A stretch of DNA of 64,000 nucleotides from a virus. Position 1 is the first letter of the stretch; each line of letters opens with the position of its first letter. A model generated the notes under the pieces. That model saw only the letters and a program-made list of their open reading frames with translations. It did no database searches and was not told the DNA's origin. Shown here in pieces: positions 36,401 through 46,900 of the stretch. The stretch covers positions 1 through 64,000 of IMG/VR virus record IMGVR_UViG_3300025872_000051; one strand, written 5' to 3'. The translations under genes and the position numbers were made by a program.

Positions 36401-39400
36401 ACCTAAGGTAAAGCAAGAAATAAATGTAGATAATGAAATAGAATTTAATAATCAAATTGAAGTTGTTTCAAGTAAATATAATGGAAAGCATACTATTGTT
36501 AGCATTTCATCCTCTTCATTTACTTACAGTTTACCAGACATTCCTGAAAAAAATTCATATGATTCATCTTCTAGTTTAAGTTATGAAACAACATCTTTGA
36601 GTGCTTTTGGACCTATTTCCAAAATTGACATTTCATCAAAAGGTCAAAATTATAAAAATCAACCAAAATTTTTAAATATTTTATCCGAAAGTGGAAGTAA
36701 TGCTATTTTAGAGTCATTTGGAAAATCAATAGGAAAAATAAAGAAAACGGAAATTAATGATATTGGTTTTGATTTTTCTTCAGATTTTACAGTTAAGCCA
36801 TCACTTTCTTTACCACAGATTTTAAAAATTGAACCCCTTAATTCCATAGAATCAATAAGAATAGAATTTAATGGTAGAGGTTATTTAGTTCCACCAAAAC
36901 TGATAGTAATTGATGGATTTACGGAAGATGTTTTATCTGAAGTTGATCTAAAATATTCTCTTGGTGATAATTATGTTACGATATTAAACAATACTTATCG
37001 TCTTAATGACGTAGAACCAACCATACTACCATTACAAAATTCAAATGGTGTTCCAATTGATACTATTGAATATGACTCAATTACCAAAGATGTTATAGTA
37101 ACATTAGCAGTTGGATTTAGTACAGGTAATACATTCCCATTTGTTATTGGTGATGAAGTATTGATTGAAAGCGTAAGTATAGGTGCTGGTTCAACCGGTA
37201 AAGGATATAACTCAGAAAATTATAACTATAAGTTATTTACAGTTACTTCAACTGATGAAAATATTGGAGGAATTGGGTCTGTAACTTATAATATGTCAGA
37301 ATTTTTAGGTGGTGGGGAAGAACCTGGAATTTTTGATGCCTCCAATTCTTCCGCAGCAAGAATTATTCCCAAAAAATATTTCCCAACATTTAAAACCACA
37401 TTATCTCCAAATAATTTCTTAGAAAAAGAATCTGTTAAGTATGTCGGAGAATCAGATATATTAGGTTTAGTTGAAAATTGGGACGAAAAAACAAAATATT
37501 TGAGAGTTTCTTCTAGAAAAACTTTGAAAGAAGGTAAAACAATACAAGGAGTATCTTCAAAGACTCAAGGTATAATAAATTCTTCTTATTCCACGGAAGC
37601 ATTCTTTGATGTTGGAAGTTATTCAAAAGTTGAAAGTGGGTGGATTACAGATACTGGCATATTAAATACCGAATTGCAAAGAATTCAGGATAGTTTTTAT
37701 TACCAAAACTTCTCATATTCATTAAGTTCAAGAGTTCCTTACGATACTTGGGATAATGCTGTAGGGTCTTTAAATCACACTGCAGGATTTAAAAAATTTA
37801 GTGATTATCAACTAGAATCTTCAAGTTATGCTGGTATAAAAACCGACACGACTAGAAATGTAGATGTGACTGTTGATATTGATGGATTTGGAAGTTTAAA
37901 TTGCACATATGATTTTGATTTGGCAAGTGAAAACGCTTTATTTGTTGGTCAAAATGTTATATCCGATGAAATAACATTTTCTAGCAGGATACTTACCGAT
38001 TATTATGAATCAGTAAGTAATAGAGTTTTAACAATTGATGACATTAGCGGACAGTTTAATAGCAATCCAAGGTCAACTCGTTACTCAATTGTCCATAGAT
38101 TTCCTTTAACTGATGCGAGGGCTCAAAAATATGTTTCTTATGTAAATGATAGGAGATTTACAAAGCAAAGACAAGTGATGATCTTTACTTTACTCCATGA
38201 TAATGTTGATGGATATCTAAATCAGTATGGAAGAGTAGAAACTGTAAACGAATTGGGTACATTTGATTTTACAATTGAAGGTAATGAAGGATTAATATTA
38301 TTCTATCCACAAAAATATAGAGTAAATGATTATAATATAACCACACTTTCTTATAACATAAAAGATGATTTTACTGGAATTGGAAGCACTAATCTTGGTG
38401 GAATTATTGATTTATATACAAAAACAACTTCATCTTCTTCGTCACAAACAAATATAGTTTCAATAGGAAAAACGTATACTTCTGCAAAAGTATTGCTAGA
38501 AATTTCATCAGATGATAATCAGTATCAATTTGACGAATTAAATATTGTCCATGATAATACAAATATAGAATTCATTTCCTATGGACAACTAACAAACCAT
38601 TCTGTGGATTCTTTTTCAAGTTCTGGATTGGGTACATATTATCCATATTTTTCTGGAGATACTTTAAATATTGATTTTATTCCTAATCCAGGAATTGCTG
38701 CTTCTGTAAGTACTATACAGGTAGCAATTTCAGATAATTCTAGAACAGGTATTGGAACTTTTGATTTGAAATATGTTAGGTTGGAAGCAAGAACTACATC
38801 AATAGGATCTTCAACTTCTCCAGTATCAACACAAGTTGGAAAGTATCTTAATAGTTATTATGGTTCATATTTTATAGTTCAAATTTCAGATTTAACTAAT
38901 AACAGATATCAATTATCAGAAGTTGTTGTTGTTGATGATGGTACTAATGCATATTTTACAGAATATGCCAATATAGAAACTTATTCAACACTTGGAGAAA
39001 TAGGGGCAGCAAAAACCACGGGATATACTGAATTAACTTTTACACCATTACCAAATATTGATGTTGAAGTAAAAGTTCTGTCTCATACATTAACTTCATA
39101 TGATTCATCAAATTTGCCTACTCAGTATAATAATAACACTTTAACATCTGACTATGGAATTTATTATGGAACAGAAAGAGATGTTAGAAGATCATTTGAA
39201 CTTAAACATAAAGGGGATCCAATATTCCAGAAATACTTTGATGCTTCCGATTCTAACATAGTAAGTATCGGATCAAGCACTATAAAAATAAAAAATCATT
39301 TCCTGACAACTGGAGAAAAAGTTATTTACACACCAGGAGACATCTCTGGAATTTCTTCTGCTATTGGTATTGGAAGTACTTATTTTGGAGTTGGAATAGG

Positions 39401-42400
39401 GACCACTAATAAATTACCATCTGAGGTATATGTAATTAAAATTGACGAGAATACTATTAAATTGGCAAGAAATGCCGAAGATGCTCTTAGATTAATACCA
39501 AAAGCATTAGAAATTACTTCAGTTGGAATTGGTTCTAGTCATTTATTAACCTCAATTAAACAAAATGCAAAATCTTTAATTGCAATAGATAATGTAATTC
39601 AATCTCCGGTTGTTGGAACTTCAATTACCTCAAAATTAGTTTCTAATTTAACAATTGAAGAAGATCTTTTATATTCAAGCTCAGTAAATGAATTCTTTAT
39701 TAACGATTTAATTAAAATTGATGATGAAATAATGAGAGTTGAATCCGTTGGTATTGGAAGTACTAACGCAGTTAGAGTGGTCAGACCTTGGGTTGGAACT
39801 GCTCTAAGTGACCATTCATCAAATTCAGTTATTACTAAACTGTATGGAAATTATAATATAGTTGACAATATTTTGAATTTTGTTGATGCTCCATATGGAA
39901 ATATTCCATTAGGAACATCAACAAATCCCCCAGATGAGCGAGATTGGACTGGTATTTCTACCAGTTCATCATTCCACGGAAGAACATTTATGAGATCTGG
40001 TGTTGAAGATTCGTCTAATGAGGCATATTATAAAAATTATATTTTTGACGATATTTCGCATCAATTTACCACGGGAATTGGAAAAACATTCACAATAACA
40101 AGTGAAGGATCAAATATTGAAGATATTTCTTCCGAAAATGCAGTAGTATTAATTAATGAAATATTCCAGGAACCGGGACTGAATAATAATTATTCTCTAT
40201 CAGAGTCCGGTGGAATTATTTCTATTTCTTTTGTGGGATCCGGAACTTCTTTATCTACTGATATTAATACATCGGATTTTCCATCAGGTGGTATTATTGT
40301 TTCGGTAGGTTCCACCGAAGGATTTGGATATCAACCTTTAGTATCTGCTGGAGGAACTGCTACTGTATCAATAGCAGGAACTATATCTGCGATTAGTATT
40401 GGAAATAGTGGTTCTGGATATAGAACAGCAATCCAAACTCCATCAGGAATAACTCCAGTTACAGTTAGAGTTGGTGTTGCATCAACTACAGTAGGAGTTC
40501 CTTCAATTGAATTTATTGGAACCGCATCTGTCAATAATGGAAATATTGTAAGTATTGCCATTACAAATCCAGGAACCGGATACACTTCAACAAATCCTCC
40601 TTATGTAGTTATTGATCAACCTCTATCATATTCAGATATTCCATTGATTTATAGTTCTTCGTCTATTGCAGGAATTGGAACTAAAGCAACGGTTGATATA
40701 GTAGTAAGTCAAGATTCAAGTGTTATTGACTTTGAAATAAAAAATCTTGGTTATGGGTATAAAGTTGGAGATATTCTTACAGTTCCATTATCTGGAATTG
40801 CAGGAATACCCACAGTTTTCAATTCTACTTTAAGTGAGTTTCAAATTACAGTACAAAGTATATTTAATGATAAGTTTTCTGGATGGTCATTAGGAGAATT
40901 ACAAGTATTAGATAGTATAGAAAATCTATTTGATGGTAGAAGATCTGTTTTTACTTTGAAAAATTCTACGGGTCAAATAGTTTCAATATACGCTAAGAAA
41001 GGTTCTCCAATTACTATCCAAGATACTCTTCTTGTATTTGTAAATGATATACTTCAAATTCCGGGAGAAGGATACATTTTCAACGGAGGAAGTAAAATTC
41101 AGTTTACAGAGCCCCTTAAGCAGGGAGATACTTGCAAAATATTATTCTATAAAGGAAGTGGAGAGGGAGTTGACGTAATATTCAGAGATGTAATAGAAAC
41201 TGTAAAACCGGGAGATGATTTGACTCTAGGTTATGACTCTTATATTGGACAACCTTCTTACTTATTAGAAGATCCAAGAGTAGTTACTGATATACTCTCA
41301 ATAGATACTGTTGAAACTACTCCATACTTTGGTCCCGGAAATACTCCAGATGAAAATCTGAAGAGACCTGTAGTTTGGTGCCGTCAAACTGAAGATACTT
41401 TTATAAATGAACTTGATGTCACTAAAGATAGAATGTTATATGAACCACAAATATACCCATCAACTTATCTTATAAAATCTGTTGGTATAGGTTCTTCTGT
41501 AATTTTTGTAGAGAGTATAAGACCTTTCTTCAACCCACTAAATGAAAACTATAGTTCTTTAGATTTCCAAAATAAAGTTACTTTTATTTCACAAAATGAA
41601 AGAGTATCTGCAAGTGCAACAGCAGTAGTATCTGCTGCAGGAACTATAAGTTCAATTGTAATTTCTGATGGTGGTAGTGGTTATTTGACAGCACCAAAAG
41701 TATCAATTCAAAATCCAGTCGGTGTTGGTACAACAAATACTACGGCGGTTTCTTTCATAACTTCCGGAATAGTTACATCAATAGTAATCACTGGTGTAAC
41801 GACTGGATATTCTTCAGAAAACCCACCAATGGTATTAGTAGAACCTCCTTCATTTGAAATTGAGCAAACCAATGTTAGAACTTATTCTGGGGATTTTGGT
41901 ATTATTAGTGGAATTAAAACTACTTCTGTAGGAGTTGCTTCAACTGGAATAATATTTGAATTTGCAATTCCAAATGATTCTTATTTGAGGAATAGTTTAG
42001 TATCTTCTTTTACAAATGTAAGTGGAATTCAAACTGGTTATTATTTCACTATTTCTAATTCTAATGTTGGAAATGGTGTTACTTCCCTGGATTCTTCTGG
42101 AAATATTGTTGGAACCTCAAAGAGTTTCCTTGATGGGGTTTATCAAGTTGCTGCAGTTTCTATTGCACAAACATCCGTGATTGGACTTGGTATTACTGAT
42201 GTTGCTAGAGTTACTGTTAGCGTATCTGGATACAATGGTTTATCTGGAATTGGTTATAGTTCTTATTATGGAAACTACAGTTGGGGTAGAATTGTTCTCA
42301 AATCAAGATCTAAGCAAATAGAATATGATGCTTATACTAATGATGGATACGTTGGAATTTCTACAGGAACAATCTTAAACAGAAGCGTTCCTCTCAAATA

Positions 42401-42419
42401 CTTAAATTACAGTTCATAA
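30429..42419 (+). CDS. gp7: Giant baseplate wedge initiator (gp7-like, 3996 aa)
   Basis: Lies between gp6 and gp8; QLP.YVRE..P....FLKQYY, KDFY..RGT, QDSFYYQNFSY...H.AG; YHYH-like segment. Confidence 0.8.
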   Translation: MTENRIKFNNILQNQLPQYVREEFPLVAEFLKQYYVSKEFQSAPDDIIQNIDRYIKLDTIKSNQDSTELTQDVSFLDETIFVSSTIGFPDSYGLIQIDDEIITYTGKTNTSFTGCIRGFSGVTSYDNPNQQDELTFNSSESSDHSENTLVINLSSLFLKEFFDKIKYQLSPGFENREFYSGLDKYLFIKQSKDFYSTRGTDLSFKILFKALYGEDVKVIKPQDYLIKPSDAEYQITNDLVVLPVSGDPYDLVRSTLRQDEYNNIPTGYAPISKVQQITSKSNKSYYKISFDAGYNKDIGFDGSLYGNFSVHPKTRNIGEISSGADTIDVDSTVGFPSEGELSVTYADGTEGIITYTSKNLNQFFGCSNISNTILDASDIWLNVFAYGISNKNSNETIKVRITAVLRDTNIIGDTYYQGVGDNGIVKTLGVNDESVVYDNWFYNVSTIIDIDSVELVDSSNFTYSLTSKINHNFKLGDTLEITSSDSTKILSTVTRINSDTNFEISDQGTLGDVEVLYYSVRRILSKATSSSYSTISNQISNVQSVYKDGQKTLIAASSLPYYYETPLNPSNRSVTFNVGVGITDTFLIQNHGFYTGDSVYYTSSENIDDGSLFNNGVYFVYRVTKDKLKFSQSRSNLYNSIFIEVENILEVKNNKIQDVNLHSKNLSSQNILREISPTINDGNEYVTNSGHVGLLINGVEILNYKSSDKIYYGPIESIDIVSGGVNYDVINPPELVISDSVGTGATGYCSVLGSLQEIKIIDPGFDYLETPTIKISGGNGEGAKASASLKLIDHQVTFSSESKSNLVNISNDSIGFSTYHKFRNAEKIIYKTNGQQAIGGIVTNSSYYVSIPDLYTVKLHNTYDDALSGINTVSLTSYGKGNHVIEAYIKKSVISQINVEDSGSGYENKRRTTDTTGISTSLCQVNIKDHDFKSGEIITYSTTGSAIGGLQNNKNYYITKVDNDNFKLSTVGISTGNEDFYYKTKQYIQFSSFGTGTHTFNYPNISVEVIGKVGTYSTNDLLFKAQIQPIFRGEITSIHLKSGGIGYGSSEVINFNREPSIDLSSGSNAQLIPIINNGKIEEVFVNNPGQDYNSPPRLRILTAGNGSGAILTPIIEDGEIKSVKIVESGVSYDKNNTSIEVTSAGNGVKFSTKLKTWTINLFERYKNNFLNGLDDGFIYNNPRSKYGLQYSHLYAPRKLRESVYGKDSLGKTFYEFSDLKKVNGSEVNSDKHSPIIGWAYDGNPIYGPYGYEKKDGTGNIVQLKSGYSTKTGTNLLKNRPPLNIFPSGFFIEDYEFKNKDSENILDEYNGRFCITPEFPNGTYAYFSTFEETSSNNFSKYKLPKFPYIIGNKFRSKPNDFNYKRSSNQNDIDLNNTNWIRNTKPYNLLEKYSSYSYLSLPNSLNQTIDIKSISPGYVETIEIISGGNNYKVNDNIIFDNEGTGGFGLFSKVSRIAGKTINTISVASSSIFNTEIYKNGFETIVQSSSPHNLLNQDIVSISGLNTTSSLLNGFYNINVRSNTLAISSPSGISSSLTTGIVTFISVFGNISAVSVNDIYKVGDEKVKVLNIDKDSSRIRVLRGIDNTVGTSHSYTDILYEIPRRFSINSTIDLPHPSNKQIYFIPNESLGIGTVSGVGIGTTIKFSNPGVGITQIFIPTRSIYLPNHNLNTGDEIIYSSNGGTEISISIDGITSLSLQNDERLYAAKISNDLIGISTVKVGIGTTGSFVGIGSTLSSSRLLYLTGIGTGLYHSFTTNYQTLSGKVLKNIVTVSTAETHGLTNNDVVYMNVNPGISTTYVIKYNDYNRKLLVNPREFESTQVNIDTDLVNIPNHNFKNGQKVVYTQTSSFNGLTNNKIYYVVVYDENNIRLSSSYYSSKSLYPEIVGITSTHGGILSPINPQIKAYKDSTIVFDVSDPTLSYVTNSEIYSAFKLDFYQDSNFTQIFESTKKDDTFEVRREGIVGTSNAKVYLTINQDIPEKLYYKLNPIYNSTLPKVKQEINVDNEIEFNNQIEVVSSKYNGKHTIVSISSSSFTYSLPDIPEKNSYDSSSSLSYETTSLSAFGPISKIDISSKGQNYKNQPKFLNILSESGSNAILESFGKSIGKIKKTEINDIGFDFSSDFTVKPSLSLPQILKIEPLNSIESIRIEFNGRGYLVPPKLIVIDGFTEDVLSEVDLKYSLGDNYVTILNNTYRLNDVEPTILPLQNSNGVPIDTIEYDSITKDVIVTLAVGFSTGNTFPFVIGDEVLIESVSIGAGSTGKGYNSENYNYKLFTVTSTDENIGGIGSVTYNMSEFLGGGEEPGIFDASNSSAARIIPKKYFPTFKTTLSPNNFLEKESVKYVGESDILGLVENWDEKTKYLRVSSRKTLKEGKTIQGVSSKTQGIINSSYSTEAFFDVGSYSKVESGWITDTGILNTELQRIQDSFYYQNFSYSLSSRVPYDTWDNAVGSLNHTAGFKKFSDYQLESSSYAGIKTDTTRNVDVTVDIDGFGSLNCTYDFDLASENALFVGQNVISDEITFSSRILTDYYESVSNRVLTIDDISGQFNSNPRSTRYSIVHRFPLTDARAQKYVSYVNDRRFTKQRQVMIFTLLHDNVDGYLNQYGRVETVNELGTFDFTIEGNEGLILFYPQKYRVNDYNITTLSYNIKDDFTGIGSTNLGGIIDLYTKTTSSSSSQTNIVSIGKTYTSAKVLLEISSDDNQYQFDELNIVHDNTNIEFISYGQLTNHSVDSFSSSGLGTYYPYFSGDTLNIDFIPNPGIAASVSTIQVAISDNSRTGIGTFDLKYVRLEARTTSIGSSTSPVSTQVGKYLNSYYGSYFIVQISDLTNNRYQLSEVVVVDDGTNAYFTEYANIETYSTLGEIGAAKTTGYTELTFTPLPNIDVEVKVLSHTLTSYDSSNLPTQYNNNTLTSDYGIYYGTERDVRRSFELKHKGDPIFQKYFDASDSNIVSIGSSTIKIKNHFLTTGEKVIYTPGDISGISSAIGIGSTYFGVGIGTTNKLPSEVYVIKIDENTIKLARNAEDALRLIPKALEITSVGIGSSHLLTSIKQNAKSLIAIDNVIQSPVVGTSITSKLVSNLTIEEDLLYSSSVNEFFINDLIKIDDEIMRVESVGIGSTNAVRVVRPWVGTALSDHSSNSVITKLYGNYNIVDNILNFVDAPYGNIPLGTSTNPPDERDWTGISTSSSFHGRTFMRSGVEDSSNEAYYKNYIFDDISHQFTTGIGKTFTITSEGSNIEDISSENAVVLINEIFQEPGLNNNYSLSESGGIISISFVGSGTSLSTDINTSDFPSGGIIVSVGSTEGFGYQPLVSAGGTATVSIAGTISAISIGNSGSGYRTAIQTPSGITPVTVRVGVASTTVGVPSIEFIGTASVNNGNIVSIAITNPGTGYTSTNPPYVVIDQPLSYSDIPLIYSSSSIAGIGTKATVDIVVSQDSSVIDFEIKNLGYGYKVGDILTVPLSGIAGIPTVFNSTLSEFQITVQSIFNDKFSGWSLGELQVLDSIENLFDGRRSVFTLKNSTGQIVSIYAKKGSPITIQDTLLVFVNDILQIPGEGYIFNGGSKIQFTEPLKQGDTCKILFYKGSGEGVDVIFRDVIETVKPGDDLTLGYDSYIGQPSYLLEDPRVVTDILSIDTVETTPYFGPGNTPDENLKRPVVWCRQTEDTFINELDVTKDRMLYEPQIYPSTYLIKSVGIGSSVIFVESIRPFFNPLNENYSSLDFQNKVTFISQNERVSASATAVVSAAGTISSIVISDGGSGYLTAPKVSIQNPVGVGTTNTTAVSFITSGIVTSIVITGVTTGYSSENPPMVLVEPPSFEIEQTNVRTYSGDFGIISGIKTTSVGVASTGIIFEFAIPNDSYLRNSLVSSFTNVSGIQTGYYFTISNSNVGNGVTSLDSSGNIVGTSKSFLDGVYQVAAVSIAQTSVIGLGITDVARVTVSVSGYNGLSGIGYSSYYGNYSWGRIVLKSRSKQIEYDAYTNDGYVGISTGTILNRSVPLKYLNYSS

Positions 42420-42439
42420 ATAAATAAAAAACTTAGAAA

Positions 42440-43987
42440 ATGTCAGCAATTATAACTGATCAAATTAGAATTTTAAACGCCAAAAATTTTATTTCTGGCG
42501 TTACAACTTCTTCAAATTCGTATTATGTATTTGTAGGATTACCTAACTCTAATGAGGTTAGTGAAGATTGGGATACTTCTCCTCCTTCTCCAAGAGATAG
42601 TTTTGACGAGGAGAATGGTTATTGGGATACTATGATTGCTTTAAAAAAAATTAAGTCATCTGATGTTTGTCAGGTAGTTCCAAAGAGAATTTGGGAGTCC
42701 GGCAATAAGTATGATTATTATCGCCATGATTATAGCAGATCAAATCTAGCAGGAATTTCAAGCGCAACTAGCTTGTATTCGTCAACATATTATGTAATGA
42801 ATAGTGATTATAGAGTTTATATTTGCCTCCAAAATGGTACTGATCCGGATAACCAATCCGGCAAACCTTCTTTGGATGAACCAACTTTTGTTGATTTAGA
42901 ACCAAGAGCTGCTGGAACAAGTGGAGATGGATATATATGGAAATATCTTTACACTATTAAACCAAGTGATGTTGTTAAATTTGAATCAACTGATTTTATG
43001 CCAGTTCCTTTAAATTGGGAAACTAGCGTTGAGCACTCTGCAATAAGAAATAATGCAGTTGATGGTTCGATTAAAACAATAATTATTAAAAATAGAGGTG
43101 TTGGCGTAGGAGATGCAAATAAAACTTATACAAGGATACCAATCAAAGGAGATGGTACTGGTGCGGAATGTACAATAGTAATAAACAATGATCAACAAGT
43201 AGAATCTATTACAGTATCTAATCAAGGTTCTGGATACACTTATGGTAGTGTTGATCTATCTGCGATACCAACAGGATCAACTCAACCATCATTTGATGTA
43301 ATAATTTCACCTAAAGGTGGACACGGATATGACATTTATAGAGAACTTGGTGCATATCACGTATTACTTTATTCTAGGTTAGAAAATGACGTAGAAAATC
43401 CAGATTTTATAACGGGAAATCAAATTTCCAGAATAGGAATAGTAGAAAATCCAAAGGCATACGAATCTTCGCAGATACTGAATATTGATAAGGCAAGTGC
43501 TGCATATGCAATAAGATTAACAGGAGCAGGATATAGTTCTGCATCTTTTTCTCCCGATTCTCTGATTACGCAAACAATAGGAACAGGAATAACCGCTTCC
43601 GGTAAAGTAATTAGTTATGATTCAAATACTGGAGTTTTAAAATATTGGCAGGATAGATCTTTGGCAGGATTTAACACAGTAGGAGTTGCAATAACTAATC
43701 CTCAATTTGGATATGATTTGATAGAATTTACTTCAACCCCGTCTACTGGTGGTAGTTTAGTAATTACAGGGAATACCGGTGCAACATTATCAATAAGTAC
43801 TTCATTTTCAGGTATATCCACAGTAATAAATAATAGAACATACTACCTTGGACAATCATTTTCAAGCGGACTATCAAATCCAGAAGTTAAAAAGTATTCT
43901 GGAAATATAATTTATGTTGATAATAGACCCGCAATAACAAGATCAATTAACCAAAAAGAAGATATTAAAGTCATTTTGCAGTTTTAA
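42440..43987 (+). CDS. gp8: Baseplate wedge subunit gp8
   Basis: MSAIITDQIRILNAKNF; VYICL.N; DGYIWKYLYTI; SG.IIYVDNR. Confidence 0.93.
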   Translation: MSAIITDQIRILNAKNFISGVTTSSNSYYVFVGLPNSNEVSEDWDTSPPSPRDSFDEENGYWDTMIALKKIKSSDVCQVVPKRIWESGNKYDYYRHDYSRSNLAGISSATSLYSSTYYVMNSDYRVYICLQNGTDPDNQSGKPSLDEPTFVDLEPRAAGTSGDGYIWKYLYTIKPSDVVKFESTDFMPVPLNWETSVEHSAIRNNAVDGSIKTIIIKNRGVGVGDANKTYTRIPIKGDGTGAECTIVINNDQQVESITVSNQGSGYTYGSVDLSAIPTGSTQPSFDVIISPKGGHGYDIYRELGAYHVLLYSRLENDVENPDFITGNQISRIGIVENPKAYESSQILNIDKASAAYAIRLTGAGYSSASFSPDSLITQTIGTGITASGKVISYDSNTGVLKYWQDRSLAGFNTVGVAITNPQFGYDLIEFTSTPSTGGSLVITGNTGATLSISTSFSGISTVINNRTYYLGQSFSSGLSNPEVKKYSGNIIYVDNRPAITRSINQKEDIKVILQF

Positions 43988-43993
43988 AGAATT

Positions 43994-46900
43994 ATGTCCC
44001 AAGTCACCAATCTCAACGTATCGCCATATTTTGACGATTTTGATGCAAACAATGACTATTATAAAGTACTTTTTAAACCTGGATATCCTGTTCAAGCAAG
44101 AGAATTAACAACCCTTCAATCAATTCTACAAAACCAAATTGAAAAATTTGGACAAAATATATTTAAAGAGGGTGCAAAAGTTATTCCCGGAAATACAACA
44201 TATAACCAATTATATTATGCAGTTGAATTAAATAATACTTACTTGGGCGTTCCTATAGATGCTTACGTTGATCAACTTGTTGGTTCAAAAGTCACTGGTC
44301 AAACATCTGGGGTTAGTGCAGTCGTAAATAGCGTTTTATTGTCCGGAGATTCTGAGAGAGAAAATGTAACTTTATATGTGAGTTATTTAAATTCTAGCAC
44401 ATTAAATAATTCAACCTCTCAATTTCTAGACGGAGAAAATTTATATTCTGATGTAAATATTTCATCTGGATTACTTGGAAATAATCTAATTGCTGCAGGA
44501 TCACCATTTGCAATTACGATATCATCTAATTGCAATTCAACAGGATCTTCATTCTCTATTTCAAGTGGAGTATATTTTATACGAGGTTATTTTGTAAATG
44601 TAAACTCGGAGACTTTAATTCTCGATCAGTACTCAAATAGACCCAATTATAGAGTTGGTCTATACATTAATGAGGAAATAATAAATTCAGATATTGATGA
44701 AGCACTAACAGATAATTCTCAAGGATTTAATAATTATGCAGCACCTGGAGCAGATAGATTAAAAATTTCAACATCTTTATTTAAAAAAAGTTTAGATGAT
44801 TTTAATGATAATAATTTCGTGGAACTAGCAGTAATTAGAGATGGGGTTCTACAATCAATAAACTCTAATACTGAATATAATTTAATTAGAGATGAACTTG
44901 CAAGGAGAACTTACGCGGAATCTGGAGATTATTGCGTAACTCCGTTTGATGTAAGTGTTAAAGAATCTTTAAATGATGGATTAGGAAATAGAGGAATATT
45001 TAATTCAAATCAATTTACTTATGGAGGTTCCATACCTTCAGACGATTTAGCAATTTATCAAATATCTCCAGGTAAAGCATTTGTAAGAGGATATGAAATA
45101 GAAACTATTTCGCCGGTATTTTTAGATGTTAGAAAACCAAGAACAACTACGAGACTTGAAAATATTGCGGTTAATTATAATACAGGATCCACTTTTAAAT
45201 TAAATACCGTTTATGGTTCTCCAGTAATTGGTATTGGAAATACATATGTATTGAGTTTAAGGGATCAAAGAGTTGGAGTTTCATCGTCAACTGCTGCAGG
45301 TAAAGAAATAGGAGTCGCTAGAGTTTACGATTTTAGATTAGAATCTGGTTCATATGATTCGGATAATCCCAAATTAAATAGGTGGGATATATCACTCTAC
45401 GATATACAAACGACAACTGAAATAACTTTAAATGAACCAATAACTTTATCAACACCAAAATTTATTAAAGGAAAAAATAGCGGAGCAACAGCATTTCTTA
45501 AGGATTCAGTATCTAATAGTAATACAATCACTGTTTATCAAAAAAATGGAGATTTTGTTCCTTTTGAATCATTTATAATTGATGGTATTGATAATACTAG
45601 AGTTGCAGTTGCAGTTACTTCTTATTCAGTTTCTGATGTAAAATCTGTTTATGGAATTGTAGGTACTTCTAAAACTTTTTCTGCCAATACTATTCAAACC
45701 GATTCACTTTTTGTTGGAATAGCATCTATTAGTGGATCAAGTTCAGGTATTAGTACAGTAGTTAGTACTAATCTTTATTTTTCGGAAAAAGTAGTTAAAG
45801 TTGGAAATATTGTAAAATATAGTAATGACTTAGGATCTGATCCAGTGTATGCAAGAGTTGAAAGTGTTAATGAAGATTCTATAACAATTTCTGGAGTAAC
45901 TACAGTTTCGGGTATAAACCAAGGAGGACTTTCCACAAGTGTAACTAGAGTAACAGACCTTACTATTTTAGATACTACTCTTTCCCCATCAACTGATGAT
46001 ACTTTATACACTGCTTTACCAAAACCTTTTGTAGAATCTTTAGATTTAACTGATGCCTCTTTAACTATTAGAAAGACCTATGATGTAGTTATTAGTGGAA
46101 ATCAATTAAATACTGCCGTTTCTGCAGGTTCCAATGAAACATTTTTACCATTTGACGAAGAAAGATATACTTTAATTAATTCCAATGGAACTACAGAAAT
46201 TTTAACAGAAGATAAGTTTGATTTTATTGATGGTGGAAAACAACTTCAAATTTACAATCTCCAATCAAGTGGAAATGCAACCTTAGTAACTACATTAAAA
46301 AAATTAAAACCAAAATCAAAAATTAAATTACTTAATAAAGTTTCATCAATTGTAATTGATAAATCAAAAAATTCTGCATCGGGTGTAGGTGGAACAACTT
46401 TAAATGATGGATTAGCATTTGGAAATTATGCTTATGGAACAAGAGTTCAAGATGAAAATATATCCATTAATGTTCCGGATATAATTAAAATTCTAGCAGT
46501 TTATGAATCTAAGGACACTTCAACTCCATCTGCTCCAACTTTAATATTATCATCAATAAATGGACCAACAACAAAAACTGGTGATTTATTAATTGGAGAA
46601 AAATTTATAGGTCAACTAAGTGGAGCAATAGGATTATATGCAGAAAGAATAACGGATTCTCAAGTATCATATATTCCATTAAACGATGTTTCATTAAAAG
46701 AAGGCGAAACGATTACATTTTATGATTCAAAAATTCAGGCAGTAATTACCACCATAAACTCCCCAAGTTTTAACGTTTCTCAAAACTTTACTTTTAATAA
46801 TGGACAAAAAGGATCTTTTTATGATTATGGAGTTTTAAATAGAAAATCTTCTATAGCAGAACCAACAAGAAAGTTAAAAATATATTATTCTAGTGCATAT

